Shown: piece after piece, positions 10,701-20,512 of the stretch | Layout: each line of letters begins with the position of its first letter | Numbering within the stretch: position 1 is the stretch's first letter | Assembly: GCA_965198025.1 (NCBI GenBank) | Contig: OZ240237.1 | Span: 921,038-985,037, forward strand | DNA from: Terriglobia bacterium | GTDB taxonomy: Bacteria; Acidobacteriota; Terriglobia; 2-12-FULL-54-10 | Length of the DNA stretch: 64,000 bases | Reading direction: 5' to 3' | Program-made: the position numbers and the translations under genes | The notes under the pieces: model-generated | Told to the model about the DNA's origin: nothing | The model's database searches: none | The model's input: the letters and a program-made list of their open reading frames with translations, nothing else

Positions 10701-10917
10701 GTTATGGAATGTCATTGACCCGTTCGCCACCTGGGACATGACCTTCCAGTGGCGCTTCCCGGCGAGCGGCTTCGACGTCACGCTCTACGGGCTGAACGTG
10801 CTCGATACCCCGCCGCCGTTTGCCGACCTCGAGCAGGAGTTCGACGGCTTCACGCACAACCCGAAGGACAGCCGCATCAAGCTCGGCCTGACCTACCGCT
10901 TCGGCGCCGGGACCTGA
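7704..10917 (+). pseudogene. TonB-dependent receptor (CarboxypepD_reg + plug + barrel) broken into at least 6 reading-frame pieces
   Basis: Consecutive ORFs at 7704, 8780, 9274, 9521, 9857 and 10369 all look receptor-like. There are in-frame TAGs at 8747 and 9779. One shift lies in a C5 run at 8739-8744. Confidence 0.7.
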
Positions 10918-10942
10918 ACGAATCCGGATAAAAAAAGATGGT

Positions 10943-11227
10943 ACCGTATCAAAACCCTATGTTCGGAAGCGAGTGGGGTTGCTGACTGAGCGAAAGCAGG
11001 TTCCCCAAGTTATTGATAATACGAGGAAACGGATGGAAGCAATGTAACTGAAAGAAGGACGTTACCTGCCTGTCACGCAGGAGGTCGCGAGTTCGAGTCT
11101 CGTCGGCCCCGCCATTTCAGTCCTTCCAAATCAATGAGGTACATCGGTCTCGATTGCATTTGCCCATCCCTAAACCTCAAAACCGTATCAAAACCCCGCA
11201 ACTGTTGATGTGCCGTATCAAAACCCC
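10943..11227 (+). repeat. three direct copies of ACCGTATCAAAACCC (10943, 11182, 11212) flanking the tRNA-Asp fragment
   Basis: Exact 15-mer copies. Copies 2 and 3 are 30 bp apart, and copy 3 overlaps the integrase stop. Confidence 0.6.
11065..11114 (+). tRNA. tRNA-Asp(GTC) 3' fragment (anticodon arm through CCA); 5' half absent
   Basis: CCTGCCTGTCACGCAGGAGGTCGCGAGTTCGAGTCTCGTCGGCCCCGCCA matches the 3' two-thirds of bacterial tRNA-Asp. There is no acceptor 5' strand or D-arm upstream. Confidence 0.7.
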
Positions 11228-11880
11228 ACGGCTGCAGTTTCATTTGCACGGCGATTGAGTTTTGTCAACGCATCCCGCTTCATCTGGAGCTTCATCTGAG
11301 AATACTTCTTGAAGACTTTGGCGTCCGTCTGACGAAGAAGCTGGGTCACCCACTCGTCGGCAACGCCGCCGGCGCTAAGGCGCGTAGCGTGGGTGGAGCG
11401 CAGGTCGTATAAGCGGAAGTAGGGAACTCCGGCTCTGCGGAGTGCTCTTTCCCAGGTCTTTCTGAAGTTGGTCTGATGCCCAATTGGGTTCTGCGGGCTG
11501 GGAAAGAGCCATGGGCCGGGTCCCGCTAATTCGATCTGGCTACGGAAGGCTTCAGCAGCCATGTCGATCAAAGGAACCTCGGCTACCCCGGTCGGTGTCT
11601 TCGAATCTTCCACGAAGACTACCTTGTTGGCGAGGTCTACTCGATCCTTGCGCATAGCGGCAAGCTCTTTATAGACCCGGAGCCCCGTTTCCGTGATGAT
11701 CCGAATGATGTTCCTGAGATAGGCGGGAGCATGCCGCTCGATTTTCTGCTGCTCGGACCGGGTCATGTAGCGAGGCCGGAAGAAACCTTTCAGGATCACC
11801 GGAAACTCCACGCCAGCGCAGGGGTTGGCCGGGCAGGGATGTGTTGCAACTTTCAAAAAGAGGCAGGAGAGCGATGGGTC
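11218..11880 (-). pseudogene. int: tyrosine recombinase/integrase, catalytic domain only (N-terminal domains missing)
   Basis: TGLRVYKELAAMRKDRVDL...LYDLRSTHATRL...VFKKYSQM gives the R...HxxR...Y catalytic residues. The sequence upstream of about 11880 belongs to an IS6 fragment. Confidence 0.65.
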
Positions 11881-12190
11881 GGGTCGACCGGGAGCCGTCT
11901 CATGCAGCCACCTCGAACAGCTTGTTGATGAACTGAATCTGTCGATGAACATCCGAACCGCTCACCCCCCTCGCCTGCCCCTTCCGGATCATGTGCATGG
12001 CCTCATATCCTTGGATCGTTCGCCGCGCCGCGTGGAATTCACGAAAGCCCTGCTGGGCCTTCACTCATCGTTTGATCGCTCGATGGTCCTGCTCCAGGAT
12101 GTTGTTCAAGTATTGGACAGGCCGGTGGCGGCAACGGCGTCGCAGGATTCGATTCCTTCTCCGGCCAGTATGTACAGCAGCTAGTTCGTC
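11838..12190 (-). mobile_element. IS6 family transposase C-terminal fragment plus terminal inverted repeat
   Basis: Minus-strand RPVQYLNNILEQDHRAIKR*VKAQQGFREFHAARRTIQGYEAMHMIRKGQA resembles IS6100/IS26 Tnp, with a TGA at the Arg position. GGGATGTGTTGCAAC at about 11838 matches the GGCTCTGTTGCAAA-type IS6 IR. Confidence 0.6.
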
Positions 12191-12438
12191 GCGTGCCGAT
12201 GACACCGAGGCGTAAGGCGCGATTCGAAAAAAGAAGATTTCACAAACTAGAGGCAGTTGCGAAGGTCTTCAAAACCATATTTGACATTGATGTTCTGAAA
12301 GGCATTGATTCTGCCGATGTGAAGTTCGAGGTGTGCCTGTTCCATCGGCGTCAGATCTATGAGCATAAAGGCGGTGAGGCGGACCATTTCCATTCTGAAA
12401 ACGCAGCAGCAACCATCTGCTAACCTCGAACGTCAATA

Positions 12439-13680
12439 TTGATGCGGGTTTCAGCAACAATAGGAGCGGTGGGAGGCGTAAACCCAATGGGGGAGAGTGA
12501 AAAACAGCCTTTTCAACTGTCCTTCAACCGGTATTTGCGGATCGGGTTCCAAGGGTCGCGGGTAACTTCCAATGGTGGATTGATTCTGGTGCGGGAGTTG
12601 GACGAGCGTCTGGGATTCAGCGAACTGATCGACGAGCACCTGAGCGATTCTCGGGCTAACAAGGCGAGGGTTTCCTTCGCGGATCTGCTGCGGCAGTCGG
12701 TGTACAGTCGCCTGGCTGGGTAGGAGGAGGTAAACGATGCCGAGCGGCTGTCGCAGGACCCGCCGTTCCGGCTGATCGGCTCGGAGAAAGTCTGGGATCG
12801 CGGGGCAGCACTGACCTCCCGGTTACAGACGTTCGAGACGAAAATGCTGGCGAAGGAAGAGAACTTCGTGGGTCTGGCAGGGGGAAACCGCAAACTGATC
12901 GGGAAGACGGAAACCACGCCTTGGCACTACCGAGCAGTGCTGGATCTGGACTCGACCGAGATTCCGGTCTACGGGGAGCAGCAGCAGAGCGCCTACAAGG
13001 GGCACTTTGAATCCATCTGCTATCACCCGATGCTTCTGTTCAATGGAGGCGGCGATTGTCTGGCCGCCAAGCTCCGTCCCGGCAATGTCCACAGCGCCGA
13101 CGGTTGGGAAGAACTTCTGCTGCCGGAGATCGAACGCCAGCAGTTGATGGGAAAGGAAATTGCCTTTCGGGCCGATGCGGCCTTTGCCAACCCGGAGGTG
13201 TAGGAGGCGTTGGAAGAGTGAGGCGTGAAATACGCGATTCGCATCCCGGCCAACGATATTCTGCAGTGGGACATCGAAGAGCTACTGAAACGCCCAGTGG
13301 GAAGGCCCGCCCAGAAACCGCTGGTGGAGTACAAGGTGTTTCTGTAGCAAGCAGCCGGTTGGAAGACGGCCCGACGGGTGGTGGCCAAGGTAGAACATCA
13401 TCCGGGAGAGTGGTTCCCGCGAGTGGGCTTCATCGTAACGAATCTGACACTGCCGAGTCGGGCGGTGGTGCGGTTCTATAGCAAGCGAGGGACTGCGGAG
13501 CAGTGGATCCAGGAAGGCAAGCAGGCAGTGAAGATGACACGGCTGAGCTGCCATCGGTTGCGGTCGAACGAGGTGCGGCTGTGGCTCACGATTCTTGCCT
13601 ATAACCTGGGCAACCTGTGGCGGCGGCTGTTCGTTGCCATGCCCGGGCGGATTGGGGAGTTGTCGCTTCCGGCCGGATGA
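12439..13680 (+). pseudogene. IS1380/IS4-like DDE transposase with four in-frame stops
   Basis: Single frame reading ...LLRQSVYSRLAG*EEVNDAERL...RADAAFANPEV*EALEE*GVKYAIRIPAN...KVFL*QAAGW...RFYSKRGTAEQWIQEGK. TAG at 12721, 13201 and 13345; TGA at 13219. Confidence 0.65.
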
Positions 13681-13896
13681 AGTTGCTCGTTGTGACGACA
13701 GAGAACTCGCCCCCCCAATGCTTCGGCGCGCAGCGGTATCTGAGGAATCTGGCTTCGGGAGTGGTGGCAACGGGTCGCGAGGACTTCTGGAAGGGCGGTT
13801 CTGAGCCGATGGCCCTCTCGGAGAAACAATCGTACTCGGCGGGACGCAGATGGATGTATAGTTTTAACCACCGGAAGGCTAAAAGGGAAATCCCGG

Positions 13897-14850
13897 ATGA
13901 AATCGAAAGCAACATTCGTTTTGGTTTTGAGTCTATTTTATTTCTGTGCGCCGTTCGTCCAAGCGCAAGACGCGCCGGCCACCGATGTAGTTGCGACAGC
14001 AATTCCCGGTGTGACCGCGGCCGGGGCGAAAATCGAGCTCATCAAGGATGATTTCGAGGTCACGGACGGCCCGATCGCGCATCCGGACAGTGGTTTGCTC
14101 TTCACGGACAATAACGCAAGCCGAATCATCAAAATTGACACGGATGGGAAGACCTCCGTCTTTCTGGAGGACACCAAGGAGGCGAGCGGGCTGGCTTTCG
14201 ACTCGAGGGGCCGCTTGATTGCGGTGCAACGTGCCCCGGGATTCGTAAGAGTCGCGGTAATTTATCCCAAGGGCAGCGAAACCGTTCTCGCCGACAACAT
14301 GGACGGCAAACCGTTCGACCGCCCGAACGATCTCGTCCTAGATAAGAAGGGCGGCGTCTACTTCTCCGATCCGGCCCCCAAGTCGGTGTACTATGTTGCC
14401 CCGACCGGAAAGGTCGTCAAAGTCGCGGACAACATCAACCGCCCAAACGGAATCCAGTTGAGCCCCGATGAGCGAACCTTATACGTAAACGATACCGAGG
14501 GAGAGTACCTCCTTGCGTTTGACATTCAGCCGGACGGCACGGTGCGGAACCGTCGCAACTTCGCCAAGTACGTCGGGGTGAGGAAAACGGACGATGGAAT
14601 CGCCAGCGGAGCGGACGGGCTGGCAATGGACAGCGAGGGGCGTGTCTACACCACTTCCAACGCCGGCGTGGACGTCTTCAGCCCGCAGGGACAGCACCTG
14701 GGCACGATCCCGGTGGCGACACCAACAGGACGTGCTCCCCAGAATCTGGCCTTTGCCGGCCGCGACAAGAAGACGCTCTATATCGTCGGACGCGGCGCAG
14801 CCTTCAAGGTGCAGATGCTCGCCCAGGGTTACATGGGTCGGGTAAAGTAG
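13897..14850 (+). CDS. SMP-30/gluconolactonase/LRE family beta-propeller protein, secreted
   Basis: 317 aa with a signal peptide and propeller motifs (GLAFDSRGRL, PNDLVLDKKGGVYFSD). Confidence 0.8.
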   Translation: MKSKATFVLVLSLFYFCAPFVQAQDAPATDVVATAIPGVTAAGAKIELIKDDFEVTDGPIAHPDSGLLFTDNNASRIIKIDTDGKTSVFLEDTKEASGLAFDSRGRLIAVQRAPGFVRVAVIYPKGSETVLADNMDGKPFDRPNDLVLDKKGGVYFSDPAPKSVYYVAPTGKVVKVADNINRPNGIQLSPDERTLYVNDTEGEYLLAFDIQPDGTVRNRRNFAKYVGVRKTDDGIASGADGLAMDSEGRVYTTSNAGVDVFSPQGQHLGTIPVATPTGRAPQNLAFAGRDKKTLYIVGRGAAFKVQMLAQGYMGRVK

Positions 14851-14975
14851 ACCATTTTCAGCGTTGCTGTATAGCCCGCAGGTAGGGCAGGCATTCTTGC
14901 CTGCCTCTTGAGAGGACAGGCATCCAGGCCTGTCCCTACTTGGCGGCTGCGCTACACCAACCCTGAAAATTGACC
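14850..14975. repeat. MITE-like element copy A (TIR GACCATTTTCAG...CTGAAAATTGACC; internal hairpins GGCAGGCATTCTTGCCTGCC and GGACAGGCATCCAGGCCTGTCC)
   Basis: Starts at the stop codon of the preceding gene. Same family as the copies at 32331, 59892 and 62743. Confidence 0.7.
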
Positions 14976-15056
14976 AGGCCGAAGTTTTTGTGCCAGTAGA
15001 TGTGAGACATATTACATCACCACTTGGGGTTCTAAACCCATCACTATCTCTGGTCG

Positions 15057-16298
15057 TCAAAAGTCGTGGAAGCGTATCGTTGAGCGAGAGACAGCCGCCC
15101 TGCCCACTCGTTGAATCGCCAGTACGAAAGCCGCTGTTCGCAGGTCGATGTTCTTCTCCTGTGCGAGACTCCGGACCGCCCGGTAGGCGCGTCGCATGGC
15201 CTTCTCGAGCTCTTGGACCACTCGGTCGTATTCCCAGCTGAACCGCTGGATGTTCTGAGCCCATTCGAAGTAGCTGACAGTAACGCCACCGGCGTTGGCG
15301 AGAATGTCCGGAACTACTGTGACGCCGCGTTCCAAAAGAATCTCGTGGGCTTGGGGGGTAGTGGGACCATTGGCTCCTTCGATCACAATCCTGGCCTGAA
15401 CGTCACTGGCGTTGTCCGCTGTGATCACGTTCTCGAGAGCCGCGGGGATCAGGATCTCCGCCGGCCAAGTGATGATCTCAGTGCCGTCGAAAGCATCGCC
15501 AAACGGAAAGCCGTGAATGGTTCCATGCTCTTTGACCCAATCTATCAGAGCCGGCACGTCGAGCCCATCGATATTGTGGACGGCTCCGGCATGGTCAGCC
15601 ACTGCCACGATTCTTCCCCCTTTTTCGGCAATGAGCCGGGCCGCGTTACTACCCACGTTTCCAAATCCCTGTAGCGCGACGGTTCGACCTGAAAGCGGCA
15701 GGTTGTGATCGCTGAGTGCCTCCTCCAGGACGTACAAGACGCCACGCCCGGTCGCCTCCTCCCTGCCCGCTGATCCGAACAGATGAACCGGCTTCCCCGT
15801 GACTACCCCGGGTGAGAAACCCTGGTACTTCGAATACTCGTCCATGATCCATGCCATCACTTCGGAACTCGTGTTGACGTCAGGCGCAGGCACATCCAGG
15901 TTCGGGCCAATTACCTCCTTAATCTGCTCCACGAAGGCACGAGTGACACGATCTAATTCGGACTTCGAGAGCTGCGCCGGGTCGCAGTTGATTCCCCCCT
16001 TGCCACCCCCGAACGGCACGTCGGCGATGGCGGTCTTCCAGGTCATCAGATTGGCCAGAGCCACCGCATGGTTCTCGTCTAGTGTAGGGTGATACCGCAA
16101 GCCCCCCTTATAGGGCCCGCGAGTGTTGCTGTGCTGCACCCGAAACCCGAGGAAGTGGAGTAATTGGCCGCTGTCGCTTTCGATTACGATCTCTACTTTG
16201 ACCACCCGGCGTGGAGTAATCAGGATCTTGCGTACCCTTTCGGAGAGGAGGAGCAAATCGGCCGCCTTGTTGAAGTAGTGGTGACTCTCTTCCAGCAT
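15057..16298 (-). CDS. gdhA: NAD(P)-specific glutamate dehydrogenase
   Basis: 413 aa Glu/Leu/Phe/Val dehydrogenase family, with the KGG..GG motif and an NAD-binding GFGNVG. Confidence 0.9.
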   Translation of the reverse strand: MLEESHHYFNKAADLLLLSERVRKILITPRRVVKVEIVIESDSGQLLHFLGFRVQHSNTRGPYKGGLRYHPTLDENHAVALANLMTWKTAIADVPFGGGKGGINCDPAQLSKSELDRVTRAFVEQIKEVIGPNLDVPAPDVNTSSEVMAWIMDEYSKYQGFSPGVVTGKPVHLFGSAGREEATGRGVLYVLEEALSDHNLPLSGRTVALQGFGNVGSNAARLIAEKGGRIVAVADHAGAVHNIDGLDVPALIDWVKEHGTIHGFPFGDAFDGTEIITWPAEILIPAALENVITADNASDVQARIVIEGANGPTTPQAHEILLERGVTVVPDILANAGGVTVSYFEWAQNIQRFSWEYDRVVQELEKAMRRAYRAVRSLAQEKNIDLRTAAFVLAIQRVGRAAVSRSTIRFHDF

Positions 16299-16570
16299 GG
16301 ACCCTCCTGGAGTTCGCAGATTCGATCTACGCCTGCAGCTTCAGCTCAATCTAACCATCCTTTTTTGCATACATTTCCCTAGTCTTCAACAGGGAATCCA
16401 TCCTGACCTGTTCCCACCAGTGGTACCACCTACCCGTGCTGCCTGTTGAGGTAGGCCGCACAGTCATCCATCAGCGGTCGGCGGCGCTCGAACAAGTCCG
16501 AGCAATGGATCATCGGATCGTGGCGGGTACCGGCTTCTGTCCACGATTTTCTTAGGGGCTGTCATGGAAA

Positions 16571-17458
16571 ACTAGAAGTTATCTCATCAATGGTCATAGA
16601 TGCCTCAGCAGGATCAGGGCACAGGCCAATTGGAGCATGGCCAGGAAGTTTGCAGCGTGATATTCCCAACGCGTGACCAGCCTCCGGGAATTATGGAGCC
16701 AAGCGAAGAGTCGCTCCACTTTCCAGCGGTGACGGTAGCGGCGCAAGGGGCGACCATCCTGGGTGGGAGGATTTCGGCGGCCCGTTCTGTGAGGCGCAAT
16801 CATCTCCATGGCGTAATGGTTCAGGAGGTTCCCATCCAGCTTCTCACTGTCGTAGGCGCGGTCACCGATCATTCGCTGCGGTGTTTCTGGGATGAATCGC
16901 TGCTCCCAGGTGGCTGCAACGAGTTTTGTTTCATGCGGCGAAGCGCTGGCGATGCTGACGGCGATAGGAAGACCATGGCGGTCGACGATCGCCATGATCT
17001 TGGTGCCTTTTCCCCGACGAGTCGGGCCGACAGCAGAGCCCCCTTTTTGGCGCTGCTGAAACTGGCGTCGATAAAGGTTTCCGACAGATCCAGTTTGCCT
17101 CGGTCGCGCAGGTCTTGGGCCAAGCAGGTCAATAGATCGGTTAACAACCCGTCGCGCCGCCACTGTTGGCAGCGACGATGGCAGGTCTGATAGGGCGGAT
17201 AGCGAGATGGCAAATCGTGCCAAGGTGCTCCAGTGCGCAGTATCCAGAGAACTCCGTTCCGTACCGTGCGAGCTTCCTTCCATGGCCGACCACGCCCATC
17301 CGGTCGCCGCCTCGGCCGAAACATCGGTTCCAGAATCGCCCATTGGGCATCGGTTAAATCCATGCATCTGGTTTCGCTCGACTTTACCCTGAAGTCAACA
17401 ACTTCAATGCTCCCAATGACGTATTGTTATTTATGAGATAACTTCTCGTGAACCAGCG
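16571..17458 (-). mobile_element. IS5 family (IS427/IS1031-like) insertion sequence, about 890 bp, apparently intact
   Basis: Terminal IRs AGAAGTTATCTCAT / ATGAGATAACTTCT. orfA (from 17363) and orfB are joined by a -1 slip at GCCAAAAAGGGGG (about 17045). The DDE region reads ...IVDRHGLPIAVSIASASPHE...DRAYDSEKL... Confidence 0.8.
16594..17363 (-). CDS. IS5 family transposase (orfA-orfB, programmed -1 frameshift)
   Basis: The ORFs at 16869..17363 and 16594..17367 overlap at an A5G slippery site. Confidence 0.75.
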
Positions 17459-18185
17459 CCTTGTCGGGGAAATCCATCTTGACGGCTTCGACGTGAGCCA
17501 CACGAAGGACAATATTCTGTGGCGAAACAATCAGGAGGACGAGGTCGAAGAGAAACTGAAAGAGTATTGCAGCGACTATCGAGAGTTTGCGAAGCAAAGG
17601 CGGAAGGATAGCGACGACGATCGGAGACCGAGTGAGCTGGACGTAAATGCAGCGCTCGAAGACCTGGAAAAGGAACTTGTCTCGCCTGAAATGGTAGATC
17701 AGATTAACATCAGCAACATACCTCCTCCCGAAACGATTGAAGCTATCAAAGAGAAAATCATCGACTCAGTCGTGAGCGGACGCAGCGCAACGCAGGAGGG
17801 GACGATTGCGAGTACTCCGGAGATTAACTGGAAGATATTCTTGGAAAGCATGTCACCGAACGATCCTTATGTGGTCAGCGACTCCACCAAAGCAACCGAA
17901 ATCACAGTCATCGTGAACACCAACCATCCATACTGGAACACACAACTCGCGGGAGTAGAAAGTGTCAAGGACTACCTGCGCCATTGCATTTACGACTCTG
18001 TTGCGGAATGGCAGGCACGGTCAAAAACCTCAACGATCGACCCTGACACCGTAAACCGTAAAGCTTCTGAAGGACCATCTGCTGCGAGTGCCGCTACAAA
18101 TCGAATCGCATGGTGGGGAAGCGGAAGAGCCGCCTTCAGCAACGGTGAATTAGGATGTTCATCACAAGCCGATGCATCTGCGTGA
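17459..18185 (+). pseudogene. 5'-truncated ORF of unknown function, low GC (about 50%), directly abutting the IS5 right end
   Basis: 242 codons open from the IS terminus with no own start. Acidic, with HPYWNT...DYLRHCIYDS. The composition is foreign to its surroundings. Confidence 0.4.
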
Positions 18186-18250
18186 GTTCGAGTGCGGTCA
18201 TAGAGCCATAGAAAGGATGGTTCCGACAGCTTTTCACTTCCTGCCCCGCA

Positions 18251-19396
18251 CTACTGCCCGCCAGCCGCCGCCAGCTCCACCTCAAAATCGCGCTCGCTGG
18301 CCCAGAAGAGCCGCTTGCGACGCACCTGGACTTGCACGCGGTCACCCGGACGTTTCTTCCATAGCGCCAGGCGCGCGTCGCCGATGGTGCTGACGGGCTG
18401 CCCGTCGAGCTGCAGCAAGACATCTCCCTCTTTGAGCCCCGCCTGCCCTGCGGCGCTTCCTGGATTCACTGACCGGATGCGGCATGTCCCGTCTTCTTCC
18501 TCCATGCGAATTCCGAGCACCCCGGCCGGCTGCAGTTCCTGCTTCTTGCTGAGAAGAAGATAGTCCGCCATGCCCGCCTCGATCTCTTGTCCGCTGCTGA
18601 GCACGATGGCGTGCGATGCCTGGGTTCGGCGCTGCAGGGCGGCGGGAATGCCGGAACCGAATGCCACGTGCCCGGAGCCGGCCAGGATCACCAGCCGGCG
18701 GCTGGCATCCGCATTCAGATACGCCGCGGCGCTTTCCGCCATGCCTTCATCCCGTAGCGTCTGCACCTCGATGAAACGGCCGAAGTCCGTAGACCCCGGG
18801 TGGGTTTCGAACACCGCCCGTAGGCGGCTCTCGTAGCCTTCGTCCGGGGGTTGGATCTCGCTTGGCAAGTACTCCCGCTGGTCTGCGCGCAGCCCGGCAA
18901 CGCCGACGTCCGAGACGGCTGAAACCAGCGAGTCGGGAAGGTCGAGCGCGCGCACGGGAATGCGCTGCGCCCGCGCATAGCGAAAAATCGGCGCGTACAG
19001 ACGGTAGTCGAAGCCCCAGCGTTCGTAGTATTCGGTAGCTCGCAGGAATTCGTCTTCTGAAATTCGTCCGCCAACGTAGTCGTCTACCTGCGACTGGAAC
19101 GGCTGTTGGAAATACTCGACGCCAATCGCTAACGCGGGGTTGAGTTCGTGCAGCCGCCGGATGATTTCGAGCTGATTCAGGTGATGGTCGTACCGGTCGT
19201 GGATTTCCCCCACGAAAACCACGCGCTTGCTTGCGAGCTCCGTCGCCAGCCTGTCGAAGGGCAGGGAGCTCTGCAGATCGAGTGTTTCGAAGGAAGCCTG
19301 ATCCTGAGCGGCAACACGCGCGGCCCCCAGGACGTTCCCCAGCAGCAAGACCCCCGGCAGCAAAACGAAGATGCATCCAATGGACCAGCGCCGCAT
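18251..19396 (-). CDS. ChaN/Tiki-family (DUF399) lipoprotein with C-terminal PDZ domain
   Basis: VFVGEIHDRYDHH motif plus a signal peptide. The C-terminus (GLKEGDVLLQLDG) is PDZ-like. Confidence 0.7.
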   Translation of the reverse strand: MRRWSIGCIFVLLPGVLLLGNVLGAARVAAQDQASFETLDLQSSLPFDRLATELASKRVVFVGEIHDRYDHHLNQLEIIRRLHELNPALAIGVEYFQQPFQSQVDDYVGGRISEDEFLRATEYYERWGFDYRLYAPIFRYARAQRIPVRALDLPDSLVSAVSDVGVAGLRADQREYLPSEIQPPDEGYESRLRAVFETHPGSTDFGRFIEVQTLRDEGMAESAAAYLNADASRRLVILAGSGHVAFGSGIPAALQRRTQASHAIVLSSGQEIEAGMADYLLLSKKQELQPAGVLGIRMEEEDGTCRIRSVNPGSAAGQAGLKEGDVLLQLDGQPVSTIGDARLALWKKRPGDRVQVQVRRKRLFWASERDFEVELAAAGGQ

Positions 19397-19456
19397 CGCT
19401 CTCAGAGTATAGCAGAGCGAAACCGCAGTTCTTTTCGGGCGGCCCCGGAACTGCGG

Positions 19457-20512
19457 CTAATACTCCATAAAGATCCCCTGAATCTCGTCTGGGTCCTTCG
19501 TCTTGGTGAGCGCGAGCATGAGCAGGATGCGCGCCTGTTGCGGGTTCAGGGAATCGCCGCTCAAGAACAGGGGCCAGCGTCTGCGGAAGGAATCGAACTC
19601 CAGTCGCCCGTCGCCTCCGCGGTTCGTGCGCACCACAATCACTCCCGCCCGGGCCACTTCCTCCAGGGCCGTGGTTTGCTTCGGGGCGTCGGAGCTGGTG
19701 GGATAGGAAGCCATCACGATCCCATCTGCCCTTCCTTCCTTTGCTGCGGCGTGCACCAGAACCCCGTCGGCATCCATGTAGCTGTAAATCACGTAGACCT
19801 TGGGAAGAGAGTCGAGCTGCGAGACGTCGAATTCCGACTGGCTCTTGTACTTCCGCAGCGACCGCCGGTAGAACACAATATCGCCGTCCACGTAACCCAG
19901 CAGGCCGAGGTCGCGCGACTGATAATTGTCCATGAAGGTATCCACTTTGGCGACGCCCCGGGCGGCATTGATCTTGCCGTTCAGGACGACCATCGCCTCC
20001 TGTCCCTGTGCCTGCGGTGAAGCCGCCACGCGAATGGCGTCCAGCAGATTCATCGGGGAATCCGAGCTGAGAGAGGTGTAGAGGCGGTTGGCCGCCGTGA
20101 GAACCACCGGCTTCTCGCTGTGGACGGTCAGGCTCAGGAAGTAAGCCAGTTCTTCCACCCCGTTCGAGCCGATCGAGACCACTACACCCGCGATTTCCGG
20201 GTCCTCGCGAAAAATCGCATTCACGCGCTGGGCTACCGCCAGAAAATCCTCCATCGTCAGGTTTTGCCCGGCCTTTCGGAACAGCTCCTCTACCTCGACT
20301 GTAGCAACCCCCTCGACGTGCTGCCGAATGTCCCCCAGCACCGTGTCCGGGTTGACGTAGTAGTCCGGCCTCTCCGCGGTTGCCGGAACGTGCGCGATGG
20401 TTCCTCCCGTCCCGATCAGTTTCACGCGCGGCAGTTCCCGGTTCTGCTGCGCCAACAGAGTTCCCAGCGGTAGACCAAGAAAAAGCAAAGCAAGGATAGG
20501 ATTGAACTGCAT
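19457..20512 (-). CDS. ansB: L-asparaginase type II (periplasmic)
   Basis: TGGTIA motif, signal peptide, RBS GGAGG before the ATG at 20512. Confidence 0.85.
   Translation of the reverse strand: MQFNPILALLFLGLPLGTLLAQQNRELPRVKLIGTGGTIAHVPATAERPDYYVNPDTVLGDIRQHVEGVATVEVEELFRKAGQNLTMEDFLAVAQRVNAIFREDPEIAGVVVSIGSNGVEELAYFLSLTVHSEKPVVLTAANRLYTSLSSDSPMNLLDAIRVAASPQAQGQEAMVVLNGKINAARGVAKVDTFMDNYQSRDLGLLGYVDGDIVFYRRSLRKYKSQSEFDVSQLDSLPKVYVIYSYMDADGVLVHAAAKEGRADGIVMASYPTSSDAPKQTTALEEVARAGVIVVRTNRGGDGRLEFDSFRRRWPLFLSGDSLNPQQARILLMLALTKTKDPDEIQGIFMEY

Noticed and set aside
10981-11114. A complete tRNA-Asp gene, or a tmRNA, at the integrase-adjacent site
   Set aside because: Upstream sequence has no GGGGCCG acceptor 5' strand and no D-arm (aatgtaactgaaagaaggacgtta is not foldable as one). 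Only the 3' 50 nt match, so it is a fragment.
14479-15264. 261-aa ORF spanning MITE copy A and the antisense strand of the gdhA 3' end
   Set aside because: It reads through repeat sequence and the antisense of a well-supported gene. Similar pseudo-ORFs through other MITE copies share peptides only because the DNA repeat is shared.
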